Shown: one piece after another, positions 38,557 to 52,619 of the stretch
Layout of the letters: each line of letters starts with the position of its first letter
How positions within the stretch are numbered: the stretch's first letter is position 1
Source: Leucoraja erinacea
Lineage: Eukaryota
Length of the DNA stretch: 64,000 nucleotides
Reading direction: 5' to 3'
NCBI RefSeq assembly: GCF_028641065.1
Contig: NC_073398.1
Coordinates: forward strand, 28,396,001 to 28,460,000
Notes under the pieces: model-generated
The model's database searches: none
The model's input: the letters and a program-made list of their open reading frames with translations, nothing else
What the model was told of the DNA's origin: nothing
Position numbers and translations under genes: made by a program

Positions 38557-38684
38557 AGGCTGCCATGGCCTGTCTTGCTGTGGACCCTGCCATTCTCCTC
38601 ATCGTGGTGGGTGCGCTGATGTTCCTCATCACCTTCTGTGGGTGCATTGGATCCCTGCGGGAGAACATCTGCCTCTTGCAAACA
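38557..38684 (+). CDS. TSPAN33: Tetraspanin-33 exon 3
   Basis: ttgcag/gtgagt; AAMACLAVDPAILLIVVGALMFLITFCGCIGSLRENICLLQT; 128 nt. Confidence 0.95.
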
Positions 38685-38713
38685 GTGAGTGATGCTCGGC
38701 GTTGGTTGATGGC

Positions 38714-39185
38714 TTGGGTTGCCAACTGCCCCGTATTAGACTGGGCATCCCGTATATTGGTTTGTCCCACCCTTGTCCCGTATTTGACTGCTACTTCTCG
38801 GGTCGAGGGGAATGTCAGGTCGGAGCGCCGCACCCGTCCCGAAATAGTGCCGGCCATGGAATGCAGCAGCAGCGCCTCGCCCTGTCGTGGCCCTGTCGGT
38901 CGGCAGTCCGGCCAGTTGTCCGACCTTCGGACCTTAGCCACCACCCCTGCTTCTCATGGCCGATCATCGGTTCATGAGTTGGATGGGTGGCGGACTTTGC
39001 GCGCGATGCTCGGGCCAAAACTCTTCAGCTGGCCCGCTGGCTGGGCTTTGTGTGCAGTCCAGCACCCGGGCCAACTCATCATTCACCCAGCCACGGCTGA
39101 GTCGGTCAACGAATTGCCGTTGGGGATTTGTCCCTTATTTTGACCTTTTGTCCCTTATTTGGGAGTGAGAAAATTGGCAACCCTA
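38714..39185. mobile_element. hAT-like non-autonomous element
   Basis: Termini ttgggttgccaac / ttggcaacccta; GC-rich interior with tgtcccttattt repeats; TSD not resolved. Confidence 0.6.
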
Positions 39186-39749
39186 ATGCTGGGAGAACTG
39201 TCTCCGTGAGGGCTGGAGGAGCTGAAACCCAGCTCCTTGTGTTGCTCGGATCCCCTCGGTGGAGGACTATTGTTCCTTTTGGCCACCTTTGGATGCAGGC
39301 CCTCGGGATAGGACGTGGATACGGGTGGGATGTGGCACTGAGGGCCGTTCATGGACAGTAACTGGTCACTGAGGTGTTGCAGCAGGGAGTGAGAGAGTCT
39401 GGTTGATGGGCACGCGTGTGACCCTGAGGTGTTTTTGGGCTGCAGTGACGTGCCATCTTCATTGCAGTCCTTCCTCCCCGACTCCCTCTCAGAGCTGTCC
39501 ACCTGTTCTGCCTCACCACCCCCATCTCACACTACCCACAAATGGCCTGCACTCCCCCCCCCCCCCCCCCCCCCCCATACATGCAAGACAGGAGCAGCTC
39601 GTGGGTACCCATTACAAGACCTGTTCGCGGACCAATTTTAAACCAGCAATTATTGCTGATGGACAGCATCGGATAGCTGGTCCCCACCCCCTCCCCTCCT
39701 CTCTGCTGCTATTTCTGCTGATCTTGATCTTGATTTTGTTCCCCTCTAG

Positions 39750-39824
39750 TTCTCCATCTGCCTGACGCTGGTATTTTTGCTACAATTGGTTGCTGGGGTC
39801 CTGGGCTTTGTCTTTTCAGATAAG
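39750..39824 (+). CDS. TSPAN33: Tetraspanin-33 exon 4
   Basis: ctctag/gtatga; FSICLTLVFLLQLVAGVLGFVFSDK; 75 nt. Confidence 0.93.
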
Positions 39825-41556
39825 GTATGACTTTGCTTTTCTTAGTGAAATTTTGTACCAGGTTTCTATTAAATGGAAGAAAAAACCCCAAAGTTGCTGT
39901 AAACTGTCTGGCACAACTGTTGAGGATTTGTGGCTATATAATTTTTTTTTTAATTAATTCTTGATTAATACGGGTGTCAGGGGTTAAGGCGAGAAGTCGG
40001 TAGAGTGGTGTTGAGAGGGAGGGATAGATCAGCCATGATTGTGTGGTGGACTAGGCTTGATGGGCCAAATGGCTTAATTCTACTCTTATCACTTATGAAC
40101 ATATGAATTTATAAATAACACGGCAGGCAGCAGAGCGAGGGTGTGTAGCGTCTCAGTGCAGAGACGTGTGATACATTTCCTCTGTTTGCAGTTGGTTTAA
40201 CTGTGAGGGAAAATTGATTCAGTTGGGCCTTTTAGAACTGACGGAAGATTTTAATCCAGGTGCATAAATTGTGAAGCGTTCCGTGTTCACCCTTGATTTC
40301 CCTATAAAGTGATCAATAGATTACATAGAACAGTACAGCCTAGGGACAGGTCCTTCGGCCCACAATGTCCATGCTGGACTTGATGCCAAATTAAACGAAT
40401 CTCGATTTTAACAGGTAACAGGGATAATAGAAAATAAATATTGATAATGCCGAGGGTTAGATGCTTACAGCTTGATGGGGGAGGGAGCACTTATTGTGGG
40501 TGATCAACATTTGATTACAGTTTGAGACCTGTGCAATCTGCTCCATTTTCAGTTGCCTTGGAGACGGTAGATTGAATAGCTTCCCTCTGTGTTTAGATTT
40601 CTGGTTCACGAGTCAGACAGAGTGTGGAGCAATAGGATCAATGAGGTGAGAGGAATTGTGATCATTTGACACAATTTGGGATTTCAGCTTGGAAGGAATC
40701 AAGTGATGAGTGTGGTGCATTGCAAGGAGGGTGGGGTGGAGTGGAGGGTGAGGAGGGGGAGTGTCGGCAATTGTGCTTTAGGGAGAAATGCAAATGCACA
40801 CATCTGTTTCATTCTAATGTTTTCATAAAAGGGAATGGATTTAATTTAGTTTCTTTTTATTGTCACATGGTTCGACGTGTCTACAGTGCGCTGTTGGTTC
40901 AATGGTGGCGGCTGTTCGGTGAAACTCACGATGCAAAGCAGTCTTCAGCTTTCTGGAGATTTTCACATTTTTTAGAAATTGCATTTTTATACTCATCGAT
41001 TTTTGCCAGTTTTATTACATAAAGGTGCACTAGTTGTACGTGAACTGTTAGATCAAAAGGCTGTGCATTTCAATGTCATTATTTAGTTTTCCTACAATGT
41101 GGTGTGTATGTTTGGACGTCTTTTGTTATATTATTTTTAGAATATTGAATATGTAAATTTTATACAATTTAATTATTTGTTAAATTGGAAGTTGATTGGT
41201 CACAACATCAAAACAGTGGGATATTTTGATGGAATAAAATCATAGTTTAATTGATATATTCATACTGCCGCAGCACCTTTATATACTTGCGCTAATTGTC
41301 TCATTTGTTTCTGACAAAGAATGTTTGTTCCATTGAGACTCTGGTCTCCTTTCCCCCACATTTCTGTAAAACAGATTCACTCACACATGCCCTCTGTTCC
41401 TACTACCCCCTACAGAAGGGGACATTTACAGTGGCTAATTAACCTACTAGCCAGCGGGTCTTGGGCTGGGATCATTCGTGATCCCAGGGAGAAAGTGCAA
41501 TCCCCATGGAGACAACACTGGCAGCCAGGATTGAACCTGGGGCTCTTGCCGTTGAA

Positions 41557-41580
41557 GCAGCAGCAGCAGCAGCAGCAGCA
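41557..41580. repeat. (CAG)n microsatellite
   Basis: Direct reading; intronic, at the edge of a minus-strand SINE. Confidence 0.9.
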
Positions 41581-42859
41581 CCATCTGCTGCACCCCTCTG
41601 TCACCCACGATGGTGCTGATTGCAAGGAAGTGGCTACTGCAGCTGGTGGCCAAATCCCTGGGAGAACTTCAAGTGCTCCCTGACACTTGTGCTCAAACCT
41701 GCAGGCACTTGGATGTCTTGTCCAGTCTCAGGATGAGGGTACCGGTGAGGTCACCAAGTACCCTGAAGAAGGCACGACTGCCTTTCATTGGCCCAGGCAC
41801 TTCAGCAGCTGGATAGGAGTTGCCTGTGGGACAAGAGCAGAGCAGGGCAACACTCGAGATTCTGTTCTGTGAACGGATTTAAAAAGCCTGAAAGATTTTT
41901 ACAATAATCCAATGGGTTCCTGATGTTTTGTTATAGTGGGACCAGGTTTCTTTCCTTTTTTCCCCTGACTTTTAAACTCTGGAAATTTTCTTGGAATAGA
42001 ATCAAAGTGTTGGAAATACTGAGCGGATCAAGTAATTTCTCAAATTGTTGTAACATCCGACCCAAGCTTCATGCCACACCACATGTCGGCCCGAAACGTT
42101 GCCTATTTCCTTCGCTCCATAGATGCTGCTGCACCCGCTGAGTTTCTCCAGCATTTTTGTGTACCTTAGATTTTCCAGCATCTGCAGTTCCTTCTTATAC
42201 ACTGTATCAAAGCTCTCCTGCTCCACGCTTACATTTCAGCCTTCACTGTCTCAACAAAAGCCTCCATCCTTTCTCGTGGACATCAAAGTTTGTAGACAGG
42301 TTTTGCTTTCTAACTTGGTTCTCATTTCCCCTTCTCCCCAACTGCATTGCTTCCCCAACCCCAGCCATATTTTCACTGTTCTTTCCCCCTTTCCCCCTCC
42401 CCCCCCACTCCCTTGCTGATCTTGAATGATCGGTTCCCGGCAAGAACGCTGGCTTCATCCCACTACATCCCCATTTTGTTGAATCCTGAGCCGGGGATGG
42501 TATCGATTTATTCGCCGACTCCCTGTCCTGTTTCTTGGGCCAGAGATTGTCACCCCCAGACTGTGGGCTTCTTGCTTTTCCAGAATTCCTGATCAACTTG
42601 GACTCTTCCCCCCTCACCCCAATCTCTTAACCTCTCCAGATCAAAGACAAAAGGCTCACCCTGTCCACAGGTGCTGCCTACCCAGTTGGCTATTCCCAGC
42701 ACTTCTTCTGTTCCTTGTGATGTTTTGATTTCTGTGTTGTATCACTCTGACTCCAACGTCCACCCCTCCTCACCTTGAGAGTTGCTCAAACTGCAGAAAT
42801 TATTCTGGATGACATTGAGAATGTGGGGTACACCGAATCCTGGTGTAACAGTGAAAGGA

Positions 42860-43280
42860 GTGCACCAACATCAAGTGCCCCGCTCCCTGCCATGGATGCC
42901 CTCCACCGAAAACGGTGTCTGAGACGGGCTGGGAAGATCATCAAAGACCCCTCACACCCCAACCATGGACTGTTTGCCCTCCTCCCATCAGGGAGGCGGT
43001 ACAGGAGCCTCAGGTCACGTACTAGTAGGATGAGGAAAAACTTCTATAACAACACAATCACACTGCTGAACTCGGAGTCCCGACGATAGATTTCTCTGGT
43101 CCCTCCGTCCCCTTTGTTTAATCATTCTGTATTTCCTGATTATTCTGTATCTTCCCTCTTTCTATTTTTTTTTGTTTTTCTTTATGTACAACTACTACGG
43201 ACTGACGCAAAACTGCATTTCGTTGTACTGATACTTGTATTTGTGCGTTGACATTAAAGTTGAATTGAATTGAATTGAAT
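42860..43280 (+). mobile_element. Rex1/Babar-like LINE 3' end
   Basis: IIKDPSHPNHGLFALLPSGRRYRSLRSRTSR; (ttgaa)n tail at about 43259-43280. Confidence 0.85.
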
Positions 43281-44815
43281 CAAACTACCCACCTGTAGGC
43301 ACACACCGCCCCAACTCTACAAGGCCCTGTGGACTCCACAGTGCCCTCATTAATCATTCCACTGAACAGGGGTACCAAAAAAAAAAAGGATCCGTTGAAA
43401 TATAAAAGATACTTTTATGATGTTAATGTATTTGATGCAATGGAGTCAGCAGGAAAAGGTTAACTTACCCACCCAGTCATAGTCATCTTGCACAGAAACA
43501 GGCCCTTCGGTCCGACTCATCCATGCCAACCGGGATGTCTATTTACACTAATTCCTGGCTTGATGCGCTGAGTGGCCTAATCCTGATCCTATTATTATTT
43601 TATTTTTTTATAACATCCCAGTTGTTCCCAGCTAAAGGCACTAACAGTAAATGTGAAACAATTAAAAGAGCTATGATTATATCAAATGACAGGCAGTCTT
43701 GAGCAATTGATCTGCCTACGCCTATAGTTTTCATTGTGGACCGGAGTCTTAGACCATTTTATTTTCAGAATGAGGTGCATTTTCCCCATAGGACATTGCA
43801 TGGTTCTATGCATCCCTCTTGTGTTTCAGACAGTTTTTCTTTGTGAAACGTGACAGAGACTAAATTGGGAACCTCCTGCTGTTTGTCAGCCCTGGCTCAG
43901 TGGCAGCACCCTCCCCTCTGTAGTCAGGCTGCCCTGGGCTCGTGTCCTGCAGAAGGCTTCGTCACAGAAGAATTCTTGGCTCTATCTTCAGAGCAGTAGT
44001 GAGAGAGCGTTGTACTGTCAGGGATGCTTTCTTTGAGATGTGGCTTTGAGAGTCCTGTCTAGATTTTTGTTTAGATAAAGAAGCCTTTGGCACTGCTGTG
44101 GTGACCTGGCCAGTCAACATCATACCAACGGAAAGGGCTTTGACATTAAATGTGACGTCTTTCTCTTTCCAAACGTGTTGCCTGACCTGCTGAGTGTTTC
44201 ATAAAAACAACTGGCTCATAACAACATTGTTATTTCTGGCACCTTAATGTAAATTGGCTGCTGCTCTTTCAACTTGCACCCGTGTCTACACTTCAGGAGT
44301 CTTCCATTGTTTGCACAGTACTTTGTGCCGATACAAGTCTGCTCCAAGTCTGTGATAAAACTGTCTGATCTTGTGCCCAGCTGTTCCTTGCAGCTGTGGT
44401 GCAGTCAGCACCTCGGTTACTGCACTTGTTGTAATCTTAATGCCAGTTTCTTGCTTGCTGGCTGAGACATGTTTTAGGATTAATATTGGAGTCATGTTCT
44501 GACTGGTTCTTTCCCTCTGAGTTCTAAAAACAAATGTTTCATGAAATGTCCACATGCAAAACAATGCACAGAAATAAGGGCATTTGTAGCCCAATTGACT
44601 CCAATTCATTGTTTTTAAGAAGGAACTGCAGATGCTGGAAAATCGAAGGTAGACAAAAGTGCTGGAGAAACTCAGCGGGTGCAGCAGCATCTATGGAGCG
44701 AAGGAAATAGGCAACGTTTTGGGCTGAAACCTTTCTTCAGACCAATTCATGCCAGGTTTTGTGCTCCATGCACCTACTGACCAATCCTTATCTAAACACA
44801 TCTACATAACCACCT

Positions 44816-47348
44816 CAGGGCTGCCAACTCTGAGCATTGAGCGTGAGACTCGCGCTTTTCGCACAATTCTCACGCTGGTCACAGAATTTCTCACACTCAA
44901 AAACAAAAATAATAAAAAATAAAGTCACAAACAATTCAATTTGCCCAAGGCTTCCAGATCTCCTCCGCACTCACCAATGAGAATAGTTTTCTGTCGGTGG
45001 GTTTCCCGTAAAGAACGAGCAATTTGATTGGCTTAGTCCCATCGCACACTATTAATATGCATAAGCTTGGCCTTCCACAGGAACGTGGTGAGAATGCTGC
45101 TTTACAGCTTGCATTCCACTATAAGACTGTTAAGGCCTTGGACACGCTAGAGGCAGGAAACATGTTCCCGATATTGGGAGAGTCCAGAACCAGGGACCAC
45201 AGTTTAAGAATAAGGATTAAGCCATTTAGAACGGAGACGAGGAAACACTTTTTCTCATTGAGTGGTGAGTCTGTGGAATTCTCTGCCTCGGAGGGCGGTG
45301 GAGGCAGGTTCTCTGGATGCTTTCAAGAGAGAGCTAGATAGGGCTCTTAATATTATTGTGGAGCCGGGGGATATGGGGAGAAGGCAGGAACAGGGTACTG
45401 ATTGTGGATGATCAGCCATGATCACATTGAATGGTGGTGCTGGCTCGAAGGGCCACATGGCCTACTCCCGCACCTATTGTCTATTGTCTAAAAGTACGAT
45501 GCAAATATATCCCTGATATCATCGGCCACATTACGTGTGACGATACACAAGGACCATGCTAATTTTTGCATGCAGTGGAAATGTAATTCATAACCTGGTC
45601 TAGGCTCAACTGGGCTGAGTCACTCCAGAATCTGTGTCCTTTTGTGTATTAATCAGTTCCTTGTTTCTACATTTTGACTTCTCTATTTTTGCAGCCATAG
45701 CGTTATGCAAACGTCTGGCGTAATTCAGTAGATGTTTGCTCGGATTGAGATGGACAATAACCTTGACACATTCAGCGATCTGTTCCTGTGCATCAAAATA
45801 AACTTGGTCATTGGTCCAATGGTTACATTTTTCAAGATTTACTCCTTACAGTGAAATGAAATGAAATGATTCAATTTATTGTCATTGTCAGTGTACAGTA
45901 CAGAGACAACGAAATGATTTTTAGCATCTCCCAGTGCTGGAGGATGTCAGATACCATGGGTAGATATTGAGCCAAAGTGTAGCCAGTATTTTCTCTGCGA
46001 GGAGGTGGACCAGATGGAATAAATCTTTTTTTCAGTTTATTAATTCCCAGAAGAAGTGAGGCAGCAGCAGAAGTTATTTGGTGTTGTAAAAGCTGCCTTA
46101 AACGATGTAGCTTCAGTAATTGTTGCATTAATAGCAGGCTTAAAGCAGCATCAGAGGCTATGTGTGTTGAATTTAGTATTGTTGTTGTCCTGATAGAACA
46201 TAGAACACAGAGAAATACTCTTCCTCTCTCCTGAAAAGAAGAAAGAAAAAAAAACCCGGGGCGTCGCGGTGGTGTTGCGGCAGAGTTGCTGCCTTGCAGC
46301 GCCAGAGACCCGGGTTCCATCCTGACTATGGATGCTGTCTGTACGGAGTTTGTACGTTCTCCCTGTGACTATGTCGGTTTTCTCCCACACTCCAAAGACG
46401 TGCAGGTTTGTAGGTTAATGGGCTTTGGTAAAAATGGTACGTTGTCCCCAGTGTGTAGTATAGTGCTAGTGTACAGGGTGTTTCTCTCCCATCTTCAACA
46501 CCCAGCCTCTCTCGTTGTTCTTTTCACTCTGCTCTGACCAAAAGTCTTATCTTAAAGCACACAAAGCTCTGGTAACTCAGTGGGTCAGAAAGCATCCCTG
46601 GGGAACATAGGTATGTCATGTCTCAGGTTGGGATCCTTCATCAGTCTGAAGAAGGGTCCACGCCTGAAATGTCACCTACCCATGTTCTCCAGGGATACTG
46701 CCTGACCCACTGAGTTACTCCAGAGCTTTGTGTGCTTTCTTGTAAACTAGCATCTGCAGTTCCTGGTTTCTACATGCTGTACATCTTTTGTTCCTGTCTT
46801 AACTCCAAGGTAAGGTCACCAGTGCAGTTAGACAGAGTATTGCCTGACGCGCTAAGTTACTCCAGAAATTTGTTTCCCTTTGTGGATACTGTCTCTTTGT
46901 TGTTCTCTTTCTTCTTGGTCAGTAAGTTTGTATGTTGTAGTCATAGTTTTACAGCGGAAACAGGCTCTTCAGCCCAACTCGCCCACATCGGCCAACACGT
47001 CCCATCTACACTAGTTCCACCTGCCTGCATTTGGCCCATATTCCTCTAAACCTGTACCTATCTCACTGTCTCTCATGTGCTGCATCTGTTGATCAGAGCC
47101 TGGCTCTACTGTGGAATGTAATATAGCCTAACCTTATTCATACCTAATCCAATTTAAAGCATAAATGTTGCATTCAAGTGTAATTTAAAATACTCATTAC
47201 AGTATGCACCACAATTTCAAGCTGAAAAATGCAAAAGCTCCCTACCGTGGAAGGGGGGACACCCCCCCTCCCACAACCTCCCACCCTTGGTTGCTGCACT
47301 CCCTTGCAATTTCTCATTCTCAACTGTCACCCAATGTTGGCAGCCCTG
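44816..47348. mobile_element. Old hAT-like element expanded by nested CR1, SINE and Penelope insertions
   Basis: Termini cagggctgccaac / gttggcagccctg; no clean TSD. Confidence 0.5.
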
Positions 47349-48641
47349 CCATCTACACAAATGTGTGTATCTCCCGCGCTCTGTCTCACGCTCTCACACA
47401 TAATTGCAAGTTCCATATTCTATCTAGCCAAGTGGAGAAAGATTGTCCTAAATTCAGGCTGAATTTGTGGCTTTAATTTATCTCTAACTCCTAATTTTGG
47501 TCTTTCTGGGAAGTGAAAGTATCTACGTTTACCTTATTCACACCACAATCTTTAAGACCTCCATTAAATTGGTCCTTTTTTCCCCTTTTTACAAAGATAA
47601 GAGAACCATCCTCAACTGGAATCAAAGTGCAGTGATCTAGCACATCTCCATCTCACACTAGTCTCAGTTAATTAGGCTGATACCTGTGCTTTATTCAAGA
47701 GAACTCCTGGGCCCTGCTGCAGGGCTCAATGATGTCAAGGAAGTGCAGCAAGACCTCGAGGATGAGCAAAGATTTCCCACATTTCAGTGAAAGATAGGCC
47801 AAAGATGCCAAGTCAAATCAAGTTGAATTAATTGTTATATGATCGAGTACGGTGAGATACAGGTACAATGAAAAATGTTGCTATGAGGATTTGAATGGGG
47901 ATCATGTGCCTGCTGCCGTTTCAGTGGTGCCTTGTGGTGCTTCAGCGCCCTCTGGTGGCTCCGTGTAAATGCATGGACCAGTGGGAAATGAATCTTTACA
48001 GACCAGAATCTCTAGCTGTTGTGTTCAAGAAGGAACTGCAGATGCTGGAAAATCGAAGGTACACAAAAATGCTGGAGAAACTCAGCGGGTGCAGCAGCAT
48101 CCACGGAGTGAAGGAAATGGGCAACGTTTCAACGCTTCTTCAGAGGGTTTGTCTAGCTGTTGTGACTGTAATAGGCCATCTGTAACTATTGAAGTCTTTG
48201 GGGTAAAGCTGCTCCCACAATGTGCATTTTGGTGCAACTGACTGGTCTGTAATTGTATTGTTAGTTACACTGGTGCAGAACTGGTGTTGTTTGTCGGCCA
48301 GATTTAGTACCAGTGGTTAGTTTGTTCCTTCACTTGTACCAATACCAGCGTTTTTAAACCTCAAATTCTTTTTAAATGAATTCAACCTCTCAAGCTGTTA
48401 CTGTGGGCTTTGAAATTGTTTTTACTGGATTTTATTCCAGCAAGACTCCTACACTCCTTTAATTTCCATCAGTGAATTACGATGGAAGATTTTAGAAATT
48501 GCATTTCCCACCCACGAACGGCAACTAAACAAAGAACAGTCTAATGGATTGTGAGTTGTGGAGGAAGATAGATGCCTGATTATTTAAATGGGAGCTGACT
48601 CTGGCTTTAATTGCAAAATGTATTGTCTCTTTCCAACACAG

Positions 48642-48737
48642 GCCCGATCGAAGGTCAGTGAGATCATCGATAGCGCAATAATTCATTACCGAGATGACCT
48701 GGATCTCCAGAACCTCATCGACTATGGGCAGAAGCAG
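48642..48737 (+). CDS. TSPAN33: Tetraspanin-33 exon 5
   Basis: acacag/gttctg; ARSKVSEIIDSAIIHYRDDLDLQNLIDYGQKQ; 96 nt. Confidence 0.95.
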
Positions 48738-50272
48738 GTTCTGTATCACGGACTTGTGACTATAAATGCACTATATCATCTTGAACCAATCCATCTCCAT
48801 CATGCCTTTTGCATGTTCTACCTCTCCATTTGATTCACTCCTTCATCATCTTCATTGCTTTTTTATTTTATTTTTCTTGCCTTCTAGGCTTCCTAAATAT
48901 TACTTTCAGCAAACATCAATGTTCAAGTCAGTGGGGCCTCGTGGAAAAAGCACGTGGCTCTATTTGGTGGTGATGTAGCAAAATTTAACACAAATATGCC
49001 AGCTGCTGTGGACAAATGCTGTCAATCATTTTTCCCCTGCCTTTTGTTGGTATGTTTTTGAAAAGTTGAAAAATTGAATATAATGAATGAACCAGATACA
49101 TTTTCTCTTGATTTTCTACCCTAATCCAAGTCTGTCTTCTAATTTCCTTTATTTTTCCATCCCCTTTGGGTAAAGCCAAGGAATTGGGTTGATTTGTCTC
49201 CGTTTTTTCCCCCTTTTAAATCATCTGGGTAATTTTGTAGTCGTGGTCCATCACACTATATCACATCTTTCAGATGATGCACACCTCAAATTTTAACTTC
49301 CAATGATCAGGCAATTCTGTCAGCTTCACTCTCGACTTAGCATGTTTCACAATTTGTTGACGTTTAACTATGGGGTCCTCAATCCTTTCTATAATGTGAT
49401 GCTCACTTATTTTAATCTTGGAAGCATAGTCACACAGCAAACAAACAGGCCCTTCGGCCCAACTCGTCCGTGCTGACCAAGATGCCCCATTTAAGTTAAT
49501 CTCATTTGCCTTCATTTGGCCTTTATCCCTCCAAACCTTTCCTATCCATGTACCTGTCCAAGTGTCTTTCAAATGCTGTTGCAGTACCTGTTTGTCAATT
49601 TAAAAAATAATTCTCAAGTTCTGGGCATCACCAGCAGAGCCAGCATTTCATGGGCAATCTCAACTTGCCCTTGGTGGTGAGTTGTTTTCCGGAGCCACTG
49701 CAAAGCGTGTGGTTTAGGTCCCCTCAGTGCTGCCACATAGTGACCTCTGGGATTTGTACCCATTGAGGAGAAATGTCCGACCCGGGTACTGTGTGACCTG
49801 GAGGGGAACTCGTTACCTTGCAGGCCCTGTCCATGCATTTGGTAGTGAAGGTCACAGAAGTGGGTGACATTGTACACCTTCTATGTGTGTGGTGGGCCAA
49901 TGGTGATGAGTGAGCAAAGTGCTATGCTTGGGGTGATATCCAGACATGTTTATAGAGTTGTTCAGCACATAAACATGTCTTTCAGCCCATCTCATCCATG
50001 CTGACCAAGTTGCCTAGCTGAGCTGGTCCACTTGCTTGTGTTTGGCCTTTATCCCTCTAAGCATTTTCTATCCATGTTCCTGCCCAAATGTCTTGTAAAC
50101 ATTGCAAGATGAGGGCAAGTCCCAGAATAGTCCAGTGGCATATATCGTCAACTTGGGTAGAGGCTGGGTTCATTGACATTGGTAACAAAAGGCAGGTTTC
50201 TAACATTTTTGTTTCTTCTTTCTCTGCCCTGTCACCTCTTATCGCCTCGTTTCTTCTTTCTCCCTCCGATAG

Positions 50273-50398
50273 TTCAGCTGCTGTGGGGGAATTTCATACA
50301 AGGACTGGAGCCACAACATGTACTTTAACTGCACGCTGGAGAACCCCAGCCGGGAGCGCTGCTCTGTGCCTTATTCCTGTTGCCTGCGCACCACGGAG
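50273..50398 (+). CDS. TSPAN33: Tetraspanin-33 exon 6 (CCG motif)
   Basis: gatag/gtaagt; [42 protein letters not shown]; TspanC8-type large loop. Confidence 0.95.
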
Positions 50399-50584
50399 GT
50401 AAGTGACTGGGGTGGGGTAACGTTTGTAATGGGATAGGCAGAGGCTGCAGTCCTGTGCCCATTGTAAATAAATGAACCATTCATTGAACATAAACAGACT
50501 TGTCATTAATTTAATGTTTAAGAGAGAACTGCAGATCCTGAAAAAAACGAATGTAGACAAATGCTGGGAGAAACTCAGCCCAGC

Positions 50585-51058
50585 AGGTTAGATTTACTAG
50601 AATGTTGCCTAGGTTTCAGCACCGAAGTTACAGAGATAGGTTGAACAAGATAGGTCTTTATTCTTTGGAGCGCAGAAGGTTAAAGGGGGACTTGATAAAG
50701 GTCTTTAAAATTATGAGAGGGATAGACAGAGTTGACGTGGATAAGCTTTTTCCATTGAGAGTAGGGAAGATTCAAACATGAGGACATGAATGGAGAATTA
50801 AGGGACAAAAGTTTAGGGGTAACATGAGGGGGAACCTCTTTACTCAGAGAGTGGTAGCTGTGTGGAAAGAGCTTCCAGTGGAAGTGGTGGAGGCAGGTTC
50901 GATTTTAGCATTTAAAAATAAATTGGATAGGTATGTGGACGGGAAAGGAATGGAGGGTTATGGTCTGACTGCAGGTAGATGGAACTAGTTGAGAGTAAGT
51001 GTTCGGCATGGACTAGAAGGGCCGAGATGGCCTGTTTCCGTGCTGTAATTGTTATATG
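50585..51058 (+). mobile_element. CR1 LINE 3' end nested in a Penelope-type repeat
   Basis: RRLKGDLIKVFKIMRG-like coding; host repeat breaks at gagaaactcagc and resumes gaggcaacatctatggagcg. Confidence 0.8.
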
Positions 51059-52457
51059 ATGAGGCAACATCTATGGAGCGAAGGAATAGTCGACGTTTCG
51101 GGTCAAGACCCTGCTTCAGACTGATCAGTACCTGCCAATTTAATGTATCTTATGTATTCTTGTCCACGTGGTCACATTGGAAACTTTACTGCAGACAAAT
51201 TCTTTGACTACTGGGTGCGTTACATTCTCTAGAAAATGCCCTAGTTTGCCTCTCGACGATGGTCTCTTTCAAGCGTAGCTAAAAGTCCGATTATCACTTT
51301 CTCCTTTCTTTACTTCTGTGCCCAAGCCTAAAAAATGGACTTTGCGCATACTCCTAGTAAGTCAAACTCTTATTCATAGAATACTAACATTCTTGTGCAA
51401 TCCACAACATTTTGTAAGAATATTAAGCAATTTCATCATTTTTTAAAAACACAAGTTTGAATCTGATGTGATCGTGTTCAGGCTGACTCCTATCTGTCTT
51501 CTGCACAGGAGTCTGGTCTCTGTCCCTCGGGTATATTTCCCAGTGATGGTTAGTGCTGAAGTGTTACACAAAGTATCCTGTATTTCTCCAATCTATCTAC
51601 TATATCGGGTCAGAATGCTGACGAACCATGTCAGCAGTACCTGGCAAAGGTACAAGACATTAAAACAGAAAATAGAAGCATGTAACCGCCTGGGAAAAGG
51701 TGAAAATTGTAATGTTATGGAAATAATTTGACATTGGATGTCCAATGATTTAAGATGTGAAAATTGCACAGTTCAAAGCTTGAGGTTCTTCGTGAAGTGT
51801 TGAAAAGCATTATGCACGCCATTCAGTGAAGCTTTACAATCTGTACAGCAATGTTTTGCTTTTGCGTGTAGCCACTGCATTCATATGATAGCAGCCACCC
51901 TCCATCCACCCTATGCTCCCCCAACCATTCCCCATACATACTGCCGATACCAGATGGCCGAGTATGTTTGAACCCAGGTTCCTGGAGCTCTGCGGCAGCA
52001 GCAATGTTCTCAGAGTCTAACGATGCAGCGTGATCTTCCACAGAGTCCCCATTTCTTACCCTAGGTTGGCTGCCTTGACCCTGCACTGGGTGCAACCTGC
52101 AACCTGCAACCAGAACGGGAAGTGTGCATTTGCGAATGTCAGACGTATCCTCAAACACTCAGTGGCACCAGTCACACCAACAGTCTAGCAGCCTGCGGAT
52201 CCAGTTGGCGGAGCAGAGACCGAGCCTTTCTACGATGCAACTGATGGAGCCCTGGGTCAGGTTGAAGTGTGGGGAGCCAGGGTCACAGCTGAGTGCTGCT
52301 GGGAGCCACATTAGAAAAAGCAGTGATGTGTAGGGGTAGGCAGAGAATGGTTCTATGACGAGGGAGATCTGCCTGTTGTGCCTTGAGGTGGAGGAACCGC
52401 CTCTCTTTTGGTAGACACTCGGTCTTATACACTGACCCGTCTCTCTTCCCAATGCAG

Positions 52458-52619
52458 AAAGTGATCAACACTATGTGTGGGCATGGCATGCAGGATCTGG
52501 AGTACCTAGCAGCAGAGGAATATATCTACACCAATGGGTGCATCGACAAGCTGGTCAACTGGATCCATAGCAACCTCTTCCTGTTGGGAGGGGTGGCCCT
52601 GGGCCTTGCTATCCCACAG
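52458..52619 (+). CDS. TSPAN33: Tetraspanin-33 exon 7
   Basis: atgcag/gtcagt; KVINTMCGHGMQ...IYTNGCIDKLVNWIHSNLFLLGGVALGLAIPQ; 162 nt. Confidence 0.95.

Noticed and set aside
38255-39143. Long ORFs 38255-38944(-) and 38532-39143(+)
   Set aside because: Antisense or read-through of TSPAN33 exon 3 into a GC-rich transposon remnant; no recognisable domain
41321-41683. PolyQ-containing ORF
   Set aside because: (CAG)n expansion at the edge of an antisense SINE inside an intron
51823-52452. Several short ORFs in TSPAN33 intron 6
   Set aside because: No recognisable homology or consistent splice signals
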